Virus record (IMG/VR): IMGVR_UViG_3300025470_000078
Coordinates: 1 to 25,341 of that record
Reading direction: 5' to 3' (one strand)
Length of the DNA stretch: 25,341 nucleotides
Source of the DNA: a virus
Lineage: Duplodnaviria > Caudoviricetes
The notes beneath the pieces were generated by a model. That model worked only from the letters and a program-made list of their open reading frames with translations, had not been told where the DNA came from and searched no databases. The position numbers and the translations under genes are program-made. Positions 8,301 through 16,576 of this stretch are shown piece after piece (positions within the stretch are counted from its first letter, which is position 1; every line of letters starts with the position of its first letter).

Positions 8301-8455
8301 GCGCTACATCTATGCTCACAGGTTTGGGTACAGCAGGTATCGGGGCTGCAGGTTTGATGAAAGCCTCGGGCGGTAAAAAAGGTGGTAAAGTTTCTGGTGA
8401 TGGCATTCATAAATTGGCTATCAACCACGCGCTCAAACGGAAGGCCAAAGCATGA
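5336..8455 (+). CDS. 1039-aa DNA transfer/ejection protein with leader, poly-Gly and long Gly/Ala/Gln repeats
   Basis: 30-aa leader followed by Gly8. Non-repetitive islands (VAGFSPLQQQ, YMNPY, GAFGGSR), 29-aa and 7-aa repeats, and a C-terminal glycine-zipper hydrophobic segment. gp7-like position after the GNAT gene. Confidence 0.65.
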   Translation: MTNYSRRQLEAFGETLGESVTRLKPGGRIYGGGGGGGGQPTSQTITTSNIPAYLAPQVQALIGGATQQIFQTTPGQVPVLDSNGNPVMNSDGTPQMQAGNNITGVNPYTPYSANPSDYVAGFSPLQQQVQANAANMMMPGQYNDASNMALQSGVQGMGTAGSAMGYGGMGAGYGAQGANIGTQGGGYYGAQGAGYGNLGANIGQQAIGYGQNVTNQAGNAAYGYGAQGANIGAQAQNYGQNVANQAGNAAYGYGQQGTNLGLAATNYGQNAANQLSNSAYDITGQAQNLANTAQNYGEGVANQAGNAAYGYGNQAAQAGQLGQDIATQGGAGYGGMGAGYGAQGAQFGAQGANIGDQAAGIAGLAQNFGQGVANQAGNAAYGYGAQAQQSGLAGQNLAGIQGALYGGMGAGMGASAANLANAAQGYGGAGANYGAQAASLANTALNYGQGASNIGMQAQQQAQGLGQNISGQSQALAAQQAAAGQNYANQATNPGAVNAYMNPYLQASLAPQMALLEQQQGQQQAANQAKQTQSGAFGGSRASVEDALQNQSNQLAMSNLIGQGYNNAYNQAIQNMQYGTSAGLQGMSGAQSGLAGAGLGGGQLGLSGAGTALQGQQGALAGVGQAGSMYGLGMQGTQSGIAGLNAANQAYQTGISGANTGLQGVGQQLAGTAQGILGSQAGLQGVGQAVNAGQLGLSGYNTANNLYQTGISGQQAGMAGAQTGISGAGMGLQGVNTQLAGTGQNITGAQAGLQGVGQAVNAGQLGMSGINAANNAYQTGIAGLGQAGNAAQIGLSGYNTGLSGNAQGLQGVGQALNAGQLGMSGYNTNLSGNAQGLQGVGQALNAGQLGMSGYNTGLQGAQTGISGAQAGLSGVGQQLAGTAQGMQGAQSGLAGVSGAQNAYNLGNTAASNLANIGGQQLGAQQNILNLQNTIGAQQQAQQQNIINNAINNYSMAQQYPLQQMNAYNALLRGYAIPGQTTAQYQAAPSATSMLTGLGTAGIGAAGLMKASGGKKGGKVSGDGIHKLAINHALKRKAKA
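5957..6304 (+). repeat. 87-bp (29-aa) tandem coding repeat, 4 copies, plus a fifth at 6434
   Basis: NYGQNVANQAGNAAYGYGAQGANIGAQAQ-like units start at 5957, 6044, 6131 and 6218. Confidence 0.85.
7232..8029 (+). repeat. 38 consecutive 21-bp (heptad) coding repeats, G-hydrophobic-x-G-x-x-x
   Basis: Units such as GLQGVGQ, ALNAGQL, GMSGYNT, GISGAQA and QLAGTAQ run in unbroken register. Confidence 0.85.
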
Positions 8456-10533
8456 TCGGCATCATCCAACGTCTTATCAACAGCCCAGAAAAGTTTTCGC
8501 TGCACGAGATTGTCCAAGGCGTGCAGGACGGCACGATCCCAGCTTATATTGGCACGCCACTGATTGCGCAGAAGACACAAGAAGAGAGCCGACAGTCAGC
8601 AGCTGCACAAGGCGGTGCACCACAAAGACCCCCGATTGCCCAGCAAATCATGCAGCAGGCAGAGGCGCAAGAGCAATCGCAAGGCATTCCGGCGTTACCC
8701 ACTTCTATGCCTACTCATTTGGCTGAGGGCGGCATCTTGCACTTTGCCGACGGCGGCATGTATAACGATGACGATGAAGGCGCTCAAGCCGAAGAAGATT
8801 ACTATAAGCAGCAGCAAGAAGAAGGCGGCATGAGCCGCGAAGATCAGCACTTGTTTGACCGCTTGATGGATCAGGCCCAAGCTTCTGACGAAGAAGATGA
8901 GGAAGAGCCACAACCTCAAGTTGCATCCCAACCCCAGCCAAAAAGCCAAGGCATCTCTACATTACCCGCTGTAGCTACGGCTTCATATGAAGCTGCGCAC
9001 CATGCGATTTCTTCTAAGGAAGAGGGCAAGCCCCGTGAATCTCATGCCGAAGGTGTGGAGCACATAACCAAGCAAAAAACCGGTTCGCATCCTTACGAAG
9101 CAATGGTGTTAGAAGAAGCTAGACGTCAGGGCGTTGACCCACGTATTGCTATGCACGTGTTGTATAAAGAAACTGGTGGCGCTAAAGATCCCGCTACTGC
9201 ATTGTCTCCCGCAGGTGCTGGCGGTGTTATGCAGCTTATGCCCGGTACGGCTAAAGACTTGGGTGTTGCTGATCGGTTTGACCCAGCGCAGAATATTCGT
9301 GGAGGCGTTGCATACCTTGCGCAACTACAAAAGCAATTTGGCGAACCCAAGCTGGTAGCTGCTGCATACAATGCTGGCCCCGGTAACGTGCGCAGATATG
9401 GCGGCGTTCCTCCGTTTGCTGAGACTCAAGGCTATGTGCAGGGCTTGGCTCAGGGCGGCAGCGTGCAGCATTTCGACGCAGGTAAACTAGTTTCTGGTGA
9501 CCCTATTGGTAACTACTTCCGTAGTATGTATAGCGACATGCCCAGCAATGCGGCGTATAACAAAAACATACAAGACTATAACGATATTTTTGGGGATACG
9601 TTTGACCCCGAGAGCCTTGCTAACGGCAAGCTGATGTCACAAGCAACTCCGCTTACAGTACCCTACCAAGGCAACGCTGGTCGTGGGTATTACGGTGGCC
9701 CGACTGCAGCACAACTCGCATCGGCTGCACCTAAAACCCCCGCAACTAATACTCCTAGCTACCAAAATACGCCGCAACAGGACTTCCGTAAATCGGAAAT
9801 TTTGGCAGAGAACGCAGCGGGGGATCAGGGTACTACTGGTACTACCGAAGCTGCAGCTACCCCTGAATCCGAAGGGTATCACAGCCCCTACATGAAGGAT
9901 ATGCTGGATTGGATCAACAAAAATAAGAGCGATTTAGATCAGTCCAAATCAGAAGATAAATACTACGCGCTCCTCGCTGCCGGTCTGGGTATGATGGGTG
10001 GCACGTCACCATACGCTTCTGCTAATATTGGTCAAGGCGCAACTCAAGGTTTGGGTTACTTGATGAACGCACGCAAGATGCAGATGGCTCAAGAAAACGG
10101 TATCCAATCCGGTTTGCTGGGTCTGTCACGTGCAGACTTGTATGATCGTATGCACCAAGCGAATATTGACCAGCACGCCGAAGCCGCACGGCAGAGGAAT
10201 GAATACAACCAAGGCCGCTTGGATATTCAGCAGCAGGGCGTCGATAGACAACTTGCAGCGGTCAATGCAAATACTCAAGCGCATAATGCTTCCGCAGATA
10301 TCGGACGTCGTAAACTTGTGTTCCAGTATGACCAAGCATTCCCGGGGTCTGCAGCTGAGCAATCGATCCTTAAAGAACTTAATGCTAAAAAAGTTTCGGA
10401 TCTCAAACCAACGCAGATGCAGATCTATAACCAGAAAAAAATGAACTATATAAATACCCAAGCAGGGTTAGATATGGCTGAAAATGCTACTGGTGTGCCT
10501 AGTTTTGACCAAGTAATGCAATCAAAATCATGA
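8452..10533 (+). CDS. Internal virion protein with soluble lytic transglycosylase (SLT) domain
   Basis: SLT motifs at about 9094-9440: KETGG (catalytic Glu at 9169-9171), SPAGAGGVMQLMPGTA, NIRGG..YL, AAYNAGPG.V, PPFAETQGYV. Acidic linker upstream, and LLAAGLGMMGG plus a coiled segment downstream. Confidence 0.85.
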   Translation: MIGIIQRLINSPEKFSLHEIVQGVQDGTIPAYIGTPLIAQKTQEESRQSAAAQGGAPQRPPIAQQIMQQAEAQEQSQGIPALPTSMPTHLAEGGILHFADGGMYNDDDEGAQAEEDYYKQQQEEGGMSREDQHLFDRLMDQAQASDEEDEEEPQPQVASQPQPKSQGISTLPAVATASYEAAHHAISSKEEGKPRESHAEGVEHITKQKTGSHPYEAMVLEEARRQGVDPRIAMHVLYKETGGAKDPATALSPAGAGGVMQLMPGTAKDLGVADRFDPAQNIRGGVAYLAQLQKQFGEPKLVAAAYNAGPGNVRRYGGVPPFAETQGYVQGLAQGGSVQHFDAGKLVSGDPIGNYFRSMYSDMPSNAAYNKNIQDYNDIFGDTFDPESLANGKLMSQATPLTVPYQGNAGRGYYGGPTAAQLASAAPKTPATNTPSYQNTPQQDFRKSEILAENAAGDQGTTGTTEAAATPESEGYHSPYMKDMLDWINKNKSDLDQSKSEDKYYALLAAGLGMMGGTSPYASANIGQGATQGLGYLMNARKMQMAQENGIQSGLLGLSRADLYDRMHQANIDQHAEAARQRNEYNQGRLDIQQQGVDRQLAAVNANTQAHNASADIGRRKLVFQYDQAFPGSAAEQSILKELNAKKVSDLKPTQMQIYNQKKMNYINTQAGLDMAENATGVPSFDQVMQSKS

Positions 10534-13500
10534 TTCTTGACCTGCCTAAAGTTGGGAAGGTACAGTTTGACGACAACCTAAGCGTTAACGAACTGTACGA
10601 TCAAATCGACAAACTTGCTGATAAGTTTGGTTTTGATTCTGACCGCCCAAAGATGGGCTATGGCGAGATAGCAAAGAATGCCCTGCAACGTGGGCTTGGC
10701 GAATTGGGTTCTGCTGTTACGGAAACAGGCCCTGCTTTAGCCGGTAAAGCATTTGGGTTTGATGAATTTGCTAAAAGAAAATTAGACGAAGCTGCAGAAA
10801 CACAAGCTCGCCTGCAGGAGCAATACCCCGCGCAATACAAGAGCCTTAAAGATATTAAAGGGATTAGTGATATCCCCGGGTATGCTTTAGAAGCGCTAAC
10901 TGAACAAGTACCCTCGCTTGCCACTGCGTTGATCCCCGGTGTGGGGGCGGAGACCTTAGCTGCTAGATACGGCGCAACGGCAGCAGGCAAAACTTTAGCT
11001 GGGCACGCTGGTAATTTTCTTGGTGCGTATGCTTTGGCCGCACCTGCCGTGTTTAACGATGTGTATGAGAAGACTGGCAAGATGGATGCCGGAGCCGCGC
11101 TTATGTTTGGCGCTGGGTCTGCTGCGCTGCAGTCCATCCTCCCTGCGGAACTCTCAAAGAGTTTAAGTGGTGAAGCCAAGGCTACGATTGTTGGCAAGCT
11201 TCTAGAGAAGTCCGGTATGGAGCCGGGGTTGCTGACCTCCGTTCTTGGCAGTGTCGCTAAAGATGCTGGTATCCAAGGTCTAGCAGGTGGCGGTTCGGAA
11301 GCGCTTAATATTGCTGCTGAGAACTTTGTCAATCAGAATCCACATATCTTTGACAGCGATGACTGGAAGCGCATCATGCACTCCAGCATCCAAGGTGCTA
11401 TTGTTGGTGCACCATTTGGTCTGTTAACAGGTTTTGGTAACCGTGAGCGTGTCCCACGTGAAACACCGGAAGAGCAACCACCTACCACTGGAACAGCCGC
11501 CCCAACAACTCCCCAGTTACCGGGTCCCGCATCCGTGCCCTTACTTGAAGCGCCTAAACCAATAGAACCTGCTGCGCCTATTGCACCGGAAACGCCAAGT
11601 GTTGACCAAAAATTAATCAACCAAACACGGTTAGCAGAACAACGCGCTCGGGTTGAGGCTAAACAGGCGCAATACAAATTACGTAAAGCTTTAGAAGAAG
11701 CGCACCAAGACTCGGGCCTCAAGGATCTGCCTGAGTTGCCCGCGCAAGAAGCAAAGCCGATTGTTGCCAAGACAGAAGAAGCTGCTCCCACAGTTCCAGA
11801 TACCCAAGTTAATGACGCCCTGCTAAAGAGTTTTGGTGTGGGCCCATCTGCACTACTACGTAAAAACAAATTAATCGATGGGTTAGATATCGCTAACCCT
11901 GACCACGCAGCGCAGGTGAAACAGGTACTGGAAGCCTACGTAGAAAATCGGAGCCAACCGATCCGTGAGAAAATTGAAGCATACCTTGCACGACCAGAGT
12001 TTCAAGGAGCCGAAGATGTTACAAGACCTGACACTGCCCCAGTTGGAGCAGGCCCTAGTGTGGGTGTCGAACCCATTAATGAGCCCACCCGACCCAGTGA
12101 GCAAATTGAACCCAATGGAAACATTCCTCCTATCGAGGATGTTGGACGAATTGATGCGGGAGAGGGACAGCAGCCCGCTGCAGTAGAGATACCTAAAGCT
12201 GAAGAGCCGAAGGTTGAAATACCAAAAGTTGAAGCGCCCAAGATTGAGGAGTCCGCGCCAGTAGCTACGCCTATCGTGGAGCCTGAGAAAGCAATTGAGA
12301 CTCCACAAATTGAGACACCAAAGGAAGAGCCACGTGTCGCTGAAACCCCTGAAGCCATCGAAACAAAGCCGGAAGAACCGCAAGCAGCAGCCGAGCCAAT
12401 AAAAGCTGTATCGGAAACAAAAACAAAAGATAAATATGGCACGAATGTCAGAGAAATTAAATTTTCTGACGGAAGTGTGCATCAAATAGCCCGCTTAAAT
12501 GGTATTGAAGGCGCTGGGCTTGCGGGATGGCATGATGTCAATCATGAAGGTATAGCGGGATCTTCATACTTGGGTAATACTAAAGAAGAAGCTATAGATT
12601 GGCTTATCGAACTTAAAAAGCAAGAAGAAACTCAGAAAGCTAAAGAAGCAGCCGAGCCAGTAACGCAAGAAGCTGCGCCTGAACAGCCAAAGATAGCGGA
12701 ACCAGTAGCCGAAGAAGCTGCGCCTGAGCAGCCACAAGCAGCGAGTAACCCATTTGTGGGTTTGGAATCTTACGGTGCAGAAGAACCTGTTGCCGATGCT
12801 GCCACACGTCGTGATGAGTTACACGATCAAATTAGAGCAGTAGAAGACTCCCGCCAAGCCTTATTGTCTAAAGATGGTAGACGGCCAAGAGACGGTACAC
12901 CTAAAGCCAAACAATGGGATGACTTGAGTGCGCAACGCGATGACTTGATGGATCAGTGGGCCCAAGCTGACCGCGAAGTTCGGCAAGCCAATAAACCGCA
13001 ACAAGAGTTAAACCCTTTTGCACGTGCCGCTAAACGCACCGGGGAAACTGAAGTTAATTGGCAAGCTGCACCTGATAAGCTGTATGGCAATCCTACGTTC
13101 CAAGGCGAAGAATTAAGCGACGCCGGTAAACGAATTGCTGCGAGTGGCGACAGTAAGCGTCTGTTAGATCACCTCATCAACACCGTCAAGAATCCTGACG
13201 TAAAGAGTGTGTTGCAAGCGTTTCGTCGTATGGGGGTTAACCCTAAGATTGAGATTGGCTCAGTTGAAAATGGACGCCCGGGTCATTATGACCCAACGCC
13301 AGACACAATTAGATTGCACCCAGAACTTGGTCTCAACGAACATACCGTCATTCACGAGTTTACGCACGCTGCAATTTCTCATGTGTTGCGTAACCCCGAT
13401 CACCCGCTGACCAAAGAGTTCGGTAAGTTCTTTGAGCAAATTAGGACTCAGCTGGGCGATGTGTATGGTGCAGAAAACTTACAAGAGTTTGCCGCTGAGC

Positions 13501-16307
13501 TGACGGGTAACCCTCAGTTCCAAGCGATGCTCAAGACCATCAAGGCTCCTAAGAGCGGCAACATGTTCCAACGCATCGTGCAGTCAATTGCCGAGGCATT
13601 GGGTTTCCGCAAGGGCCAGTCTGCCTACGAAAAGGGTTTGAAGTTTATTCACGATGCCATCGATGTATCGGGCGATGTTGAGGCGCACCCTGCTGACAAG
13701 ATGTTTATGGGCTCCGCAGGCAACTTCCCCGGGGTTGGCGCTATTGGTAAGCGTATGCCTGAGATGGTAGGTGAGACCGTCGAGAACGCCAAAAACGTGT
13801 TCTCTAACATCAAAGATTCTGGGCTGCTTAACTTTGCAATGGGCGGTTTGCGTCTAGACAACATGCGTACCTTGTATGGTAAAGAGCTGCCCTCTATTGG
13901 TACGTTATTAAATGCGCTTGAGCAAAAAGCTGGCAAGCAACAGCAAGAACGCACGCGCCTCGACAAGATGGTCGAAGGCTTTATGAATGTCCAAAAGAAA
14001 TACGCCAACGATGTGAAGCGTATGGACCAGATGGCCGTTGATGCCCGCCGTGCAAACGTCGAGTTAGTAGATGCTATTGACCCCAACTTCAAGCCGACCA
14101 AAGAAAACGCTGCCGAGTATGCACGTCTAAAGAAGGTATACAACTCGTTGGATCCGGAAGTCCGTAAGATGTACGACAGCATCCGCACGGAATACGAAGG
14201 CGCAATCAATAAATACCTCAACCTGCTAAGCAGCATGGTTGATCCAAGCTTGGCCCAAAAACTACGCATTCAGTTTGAAGCTGAACAGCGCGTACGTGGC
14301 TATGTACCTTTGAAGCGTTATGGCAACTACTGGATTGAATACGCTGACCCCAAGACCGGCGAACGTGTAGCCTCATCATTTGAGAGCGTGCGTGAGCGCC
14401 AACAGTTTGTTGACAACAACCTCAAGGGTCAGAGTGTCAAGATGTATAAGAACTTGGAAGATATCCGGTTCGACCCAAGCCAAGTTCCTCCCGGACGTTT
14501 TATCGGTAACGTAATGGAAGCCTTGCAAAAGCAGGGTGCAAGTCAAGCGCAACTGGATTCTGTATACCAGTCGTACATCTCATTGTTCCCTGCCGAGTCA
14601 ATTGCTAAACAGTTTGTTCGTGCCAAGGGCACGTTGGGTGAAGACACCAACACCGTCCGTAACTTTGCCAACACCATGTGGTCATGGACAAACAAGTTGG
14701 CGAATACTGAATTCAATCCAAAGATTGATAAAGCCCTTAATGGTATTGAAGCAGAGCGTCAAAACGCAAACAACTCGCAAATTGATGCAGCTGCATCGTC
14801 TATCCTGAGCCAGTCAGAGTTTTTCCACAACCCGACATTTGGTACGCTGACCCATACTGCAACTGCTCTGAGCTACGCTGAATACATTGCAGGTAACATC
14901 TCTTCTGCATTCGTCAACTTGGCTGCTATGCCTATGTTGGTATTCCCAACGCTTGGTGGTAAACACGGATTCGATAGTGCTACTTCTGCATTGTTGTCCG
15001 CTAGCAAGTTAGCTATGGGTAAGTGGGGCGAAACCGCACGGTACAAAGACTTGTATCAAACCTTGATGGACCATGACCAACTGGGCCATGCACTTGCACG
15101 CAATATCATGGAAGGACGCCAGAAGAACCGAGGCGGTCTGCTGGGTGCAAAAGACCGCATGTTTGATGCGCTGTCAATCCCATTTGGCGAGTCTGAAAAG
15201 TTCAACCGTGCATCTACTGCTATCGCTGCCTATGATCTGGCACTTAAAGATGGCATGTCTAAACAAGATGCGATTCGCTATGCCTTAGACACAACCAAAG
15301 ACTTGCACACGTCTGGCTTGTCAGCAACATCTGCTAAGTGGATGCAGAATCCCTTGGGCCGCACGTTCTTTACATTTAAGTCATTTGCTTGGAACTCGGC
15401 ATTTATTATTGGGCGGGCGTTCCATCAGGCATTCAAGGATGAGAATCCCAAGATCCGCGAGGCAGCGCAACGTCAACTGCTCGGTATCTACGGTATGTCT
15501 ATGGTGTTCGGCGGTGTCAAGGGCTTGCCCTTCTACGGCATGGCGTCCACTCTGGGCACAATGATTAACACATTGTTTGGCGATAGCAACGAGCCCTTTG
15601 ATTTTGACGAAGAGATGCGCAAGTTCTGGGGAGAAACTGCGTTCAAGGGTCCGATCAACGCTGCTACTAACCTTGAGATTGCCAACCGCACTGGCCTTGC
15701 CACTGACTTGATCTACCGTGATGACCCCCGAGGCATCGCACAAAACGGCTATGCCATGACTGCTATTAAGCAAGCGTTTGGTCCTTTGGGTTCCTATGCT
15801 GTTGGGGTTGAGCAAGCAATCAAGGAAATGAATGCTGGTAATGTAGAGCGTGGTATCGAAGCCATGCTGCCTAGCTTTGCACGCAATGGACTTAAAGGCG
15901 CTCGATACTTGACCGAGGGGGCCCAAACCCTGCGTGGTGACCCCGTACAGGAAGACGTTACAGCGTGGAACTCATTGATGCAAGGCATTGGCTTTGCACC
16001 TTCCGACTTGTCAGCCACCTACGAGCAGACCTCCGCTATGAAGGGTTACGAGCGCGAAGTGTTGCAGAAGCGTTCCAGCTTGCTTAACAAGTACGACATG
16101 GGCCGCAAGTCAGGGGATACCGATCTGTTGGCAGAAGTGCAGGGCAATATCGCAGAGTTCAACGCAGCCCATCCACAGAACCGAATTACTGGTGAGACCC
16201 TTGCTAAGTCCATCGCTGCTCAGCGTGCTGCCGAGAAGGACATGATTAACGGCGTGAAGTTCAACAAGCACCTACTGCCTGAGTTGCGCCAAAAGTTTGA
16301 CCTGTAA
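10530..16307 (+). CDS. Large polyvalent internal virion/ejection protein with zincin HExxH metallopeptidase-like and PLxRFG-like domains
   Basis: 1925 aa. N-terminal hydrophobic Gly/Ala helices and a Pro/Glu linker. G.YDP..DTI.L...HEFTH (13353-13367) with downstream EFAAE, YVPLKRYG (14301-14324), and a helical C-terminal region with hydrophobic segments. Confidence 0.75.
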   Translation: MILDLPKVGKVQFDDNLSVNELYDQIDKLADKFGFDSDRPKMGYGEIAKNALQRGLGELGSAVTETGPALAGKAFGFDEFAKRKLDEAAETQARLQEQYPAQYKSLKDIKGISDIPGYALEALTEQVPSLATALIPGVGAETLAARYGATAAGKTLAGHAGNFLGAYALAAPAVFNDVYEKTGKMDAGAALMFGAGSAALQSILPAELSKSLSGEAKATIVGKLLEKSGMEPGLLTSVLGSVAKDAGIQGLAGGGSEALNIAAENFVNQNPHIFDSDDWKRIMHSSIQGAIVGAPFGLLTGFGNRERVPRETPEEQPPTTGTAAPTTPQLPGPASVPLLEAPKPIEPAAPIAPETPSVDQKLINQTRLAEQRARVEAKQAQYKLRKALEEAHQDSGLKDLPELPAQEAKPIVAKTEEAAPTVPDTQVNDALLKSFGVGPSALLRKNKLIDGLDIANPDHAAQVKQVLEAYVENRSQPIREKIEAYLARPEFQGAEDVTRPDTAPVGAGPSVGVEPINEPTRPSEQIEPNGNIPPIEDVGRIDAGEGQQPAAVEIPKAEEPKVEIPKVEAPKIEESAPVATPIVEPEKAIETPQIETPKEEPRVAETPEAIETKPEEPQAAAEPIKAVSETKTKDKYGTNVREIKFSDGSVHQIARLNGIEGAGLAGWHDVNHEGIAGSSYLGNTKEEAIDWLIELKKQEETQKAKEAAEPVTQEAAPEQPKIAEPVAEEAAPEQPQAASNPFVGLESYGAEEPVADAATRRDELHDQIRAVEDSRQALLSKDGRRPRDGTPKAKQWDDLSAQRDDLMDQWAQADREVRQANKPQQELNPFARAAKRTGETEVNWQAAPDKLYGNPTFQGEELSDAGKRIAASGDSKRLLDHLINTVKNPDVKSVLQAFRRMGVNPKIEIGSVENGRPGHYDPTPDTIRLHPELGLNEHTVIHEFTHAAISHVLRNPDHPLTKEFGKFFEQIRTQLGDVYGAENLQEFAAELTGNPQFQAMLKTIKAPKSGNMFQRIVQSIAEALGFRKGQSAYEKGLKFIHDAIDVSGDVEAHPADKMFMGSAGNFPGVGAIGKRMPEMVGETVENAKNVFSNIKDSGLLNFAMGGLRLDNMRTLYGKELPSIGTLLNALEQKAGKQQQERTRLDKMVEGFMNVQKKYANDVKRMDQMAVDARRANVELVDAIDPNFKPTKENAAEYARLKKVYNSLDPEVRKMYDSIRTEYEGAINKYLNLLSSMVDPSLAQKLRIQFEAEQRVRGYVPLKRYGNYWIEYADPKTGERVASSFESVRERQQFVDNNLKGQSVKMYKNLEDIRFDPSQVPPGRFIGNVMEALQKQGASQAQLDSVYQSYISLFPAESIAKQFVRAKGTLGEDTNTVRNFANTMWSWTNKLANTEFNPKIDKALNGIEAERQNANNSQIDAAASSILSQSEFFHNPTFGTLTHTATALSYAEYIAGNISSAFVNLAAMPMLVFPTLGGKHGFDSATSALLSASKLAMGKWGETARYKDLYQTLMDHDQLGHALARNIMEGRQKNRGGLLGAKDRMFDALSIPFGESEKFNRASTAIAAYDLALKDGMSKQDAIRYALDTTKDLHTSGLSATSAKWMQNPLGRTFFTFKSFAWNSAFIIGRAFHQAFKDENPKIREAAQRQLLGIYGMSMVFGGVKGLPFYGMASTLGTMINTLFGDSNEPFDFDEEMRKFWGETAFKGPINAATNLEIANRTGLATDLIYRDDPRGIAQNGYAMTAIKQAFGPLGSYAVGVEQAIKEMNAGNVERGIEAMLPSFARNGLKGARYLTEGAQTLRGDPVQEDVTAWNSLMQGIGFAPSDLSATYEQTSAMKGYEREVLQKRSSLLNKYDMGRKSGDTDLLAEVQGNIAEFNAAHPQNRITGETLAKSIAAQRAAEKDMINGVKFNKHLLPELRQKFDL

Positions 16308-16333
16308 AAAAATCCCGCTGATTAGGCGGGATT
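16306..16333 (-). terminator. Intrinsic terminator for the leftward replication transcript, at the convergence point
   Basis: Stem AATCCCGC (16311-16318) / GCGGGATT (16326-16333) with a 7-nt loop. A7 run at 16306-16312 gives a U-tract on the minus strand. Confidence 0.8.
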
Positions 16334-16339
16334 AAGCTC

Positions 16340-16576
16340 TCAAGGAGAATACGAGAGAGAGTGCGGGTCAATTGTATCCTTGTTTCGCCAAACCCGCACG
16401 CCGTAGACATAATTTTCTATAACGCATTTAGTCGTTACCTCTAGGCCCAACCTGCGGGCCTCCCGCATAACGTACCGCTGCACAGGTAACCTATTGATGC
16501 AAGGTATAAAAAACGAAGTCCCCGGCTGGAACTTGTGCCACTCAATCGTTACTGGTAGGTTCAGGATCGTCAGCAT
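16340..16576 (-). CDS. Small hypothetical phage protein (G.SFF.P ... GVRVWR type)
   Basis: 78 aa. Overlaps the primase 3' end by 35 bp and ends just before the terminator. The motif pattern resembles small phage proteins of unknown function. Confidence 0.6.
   Translation of the reverse strand: MLTILNLPVTIEWHKFQPGTSFFIPCINRLPVQRYVMREARRLGLEVTTKCVIENYVYGVRVWRNKDTIDPHSLSYSP

Noticed and set aside
5422-8428. Chain of antisense and alternate-frame ORFs across the 1039-aa gene
   Set aside because: Expected shadows of a Gly/Ala/Gln repeat coding sequence, with no recognisable motifs or RBS.
10658-16018. Long antisense ORFs (up to 224 aa) opposite the 1925-aa gene
   Set aside because: Antisense shadows without motifs, lying beyond the minus-strand terminator.
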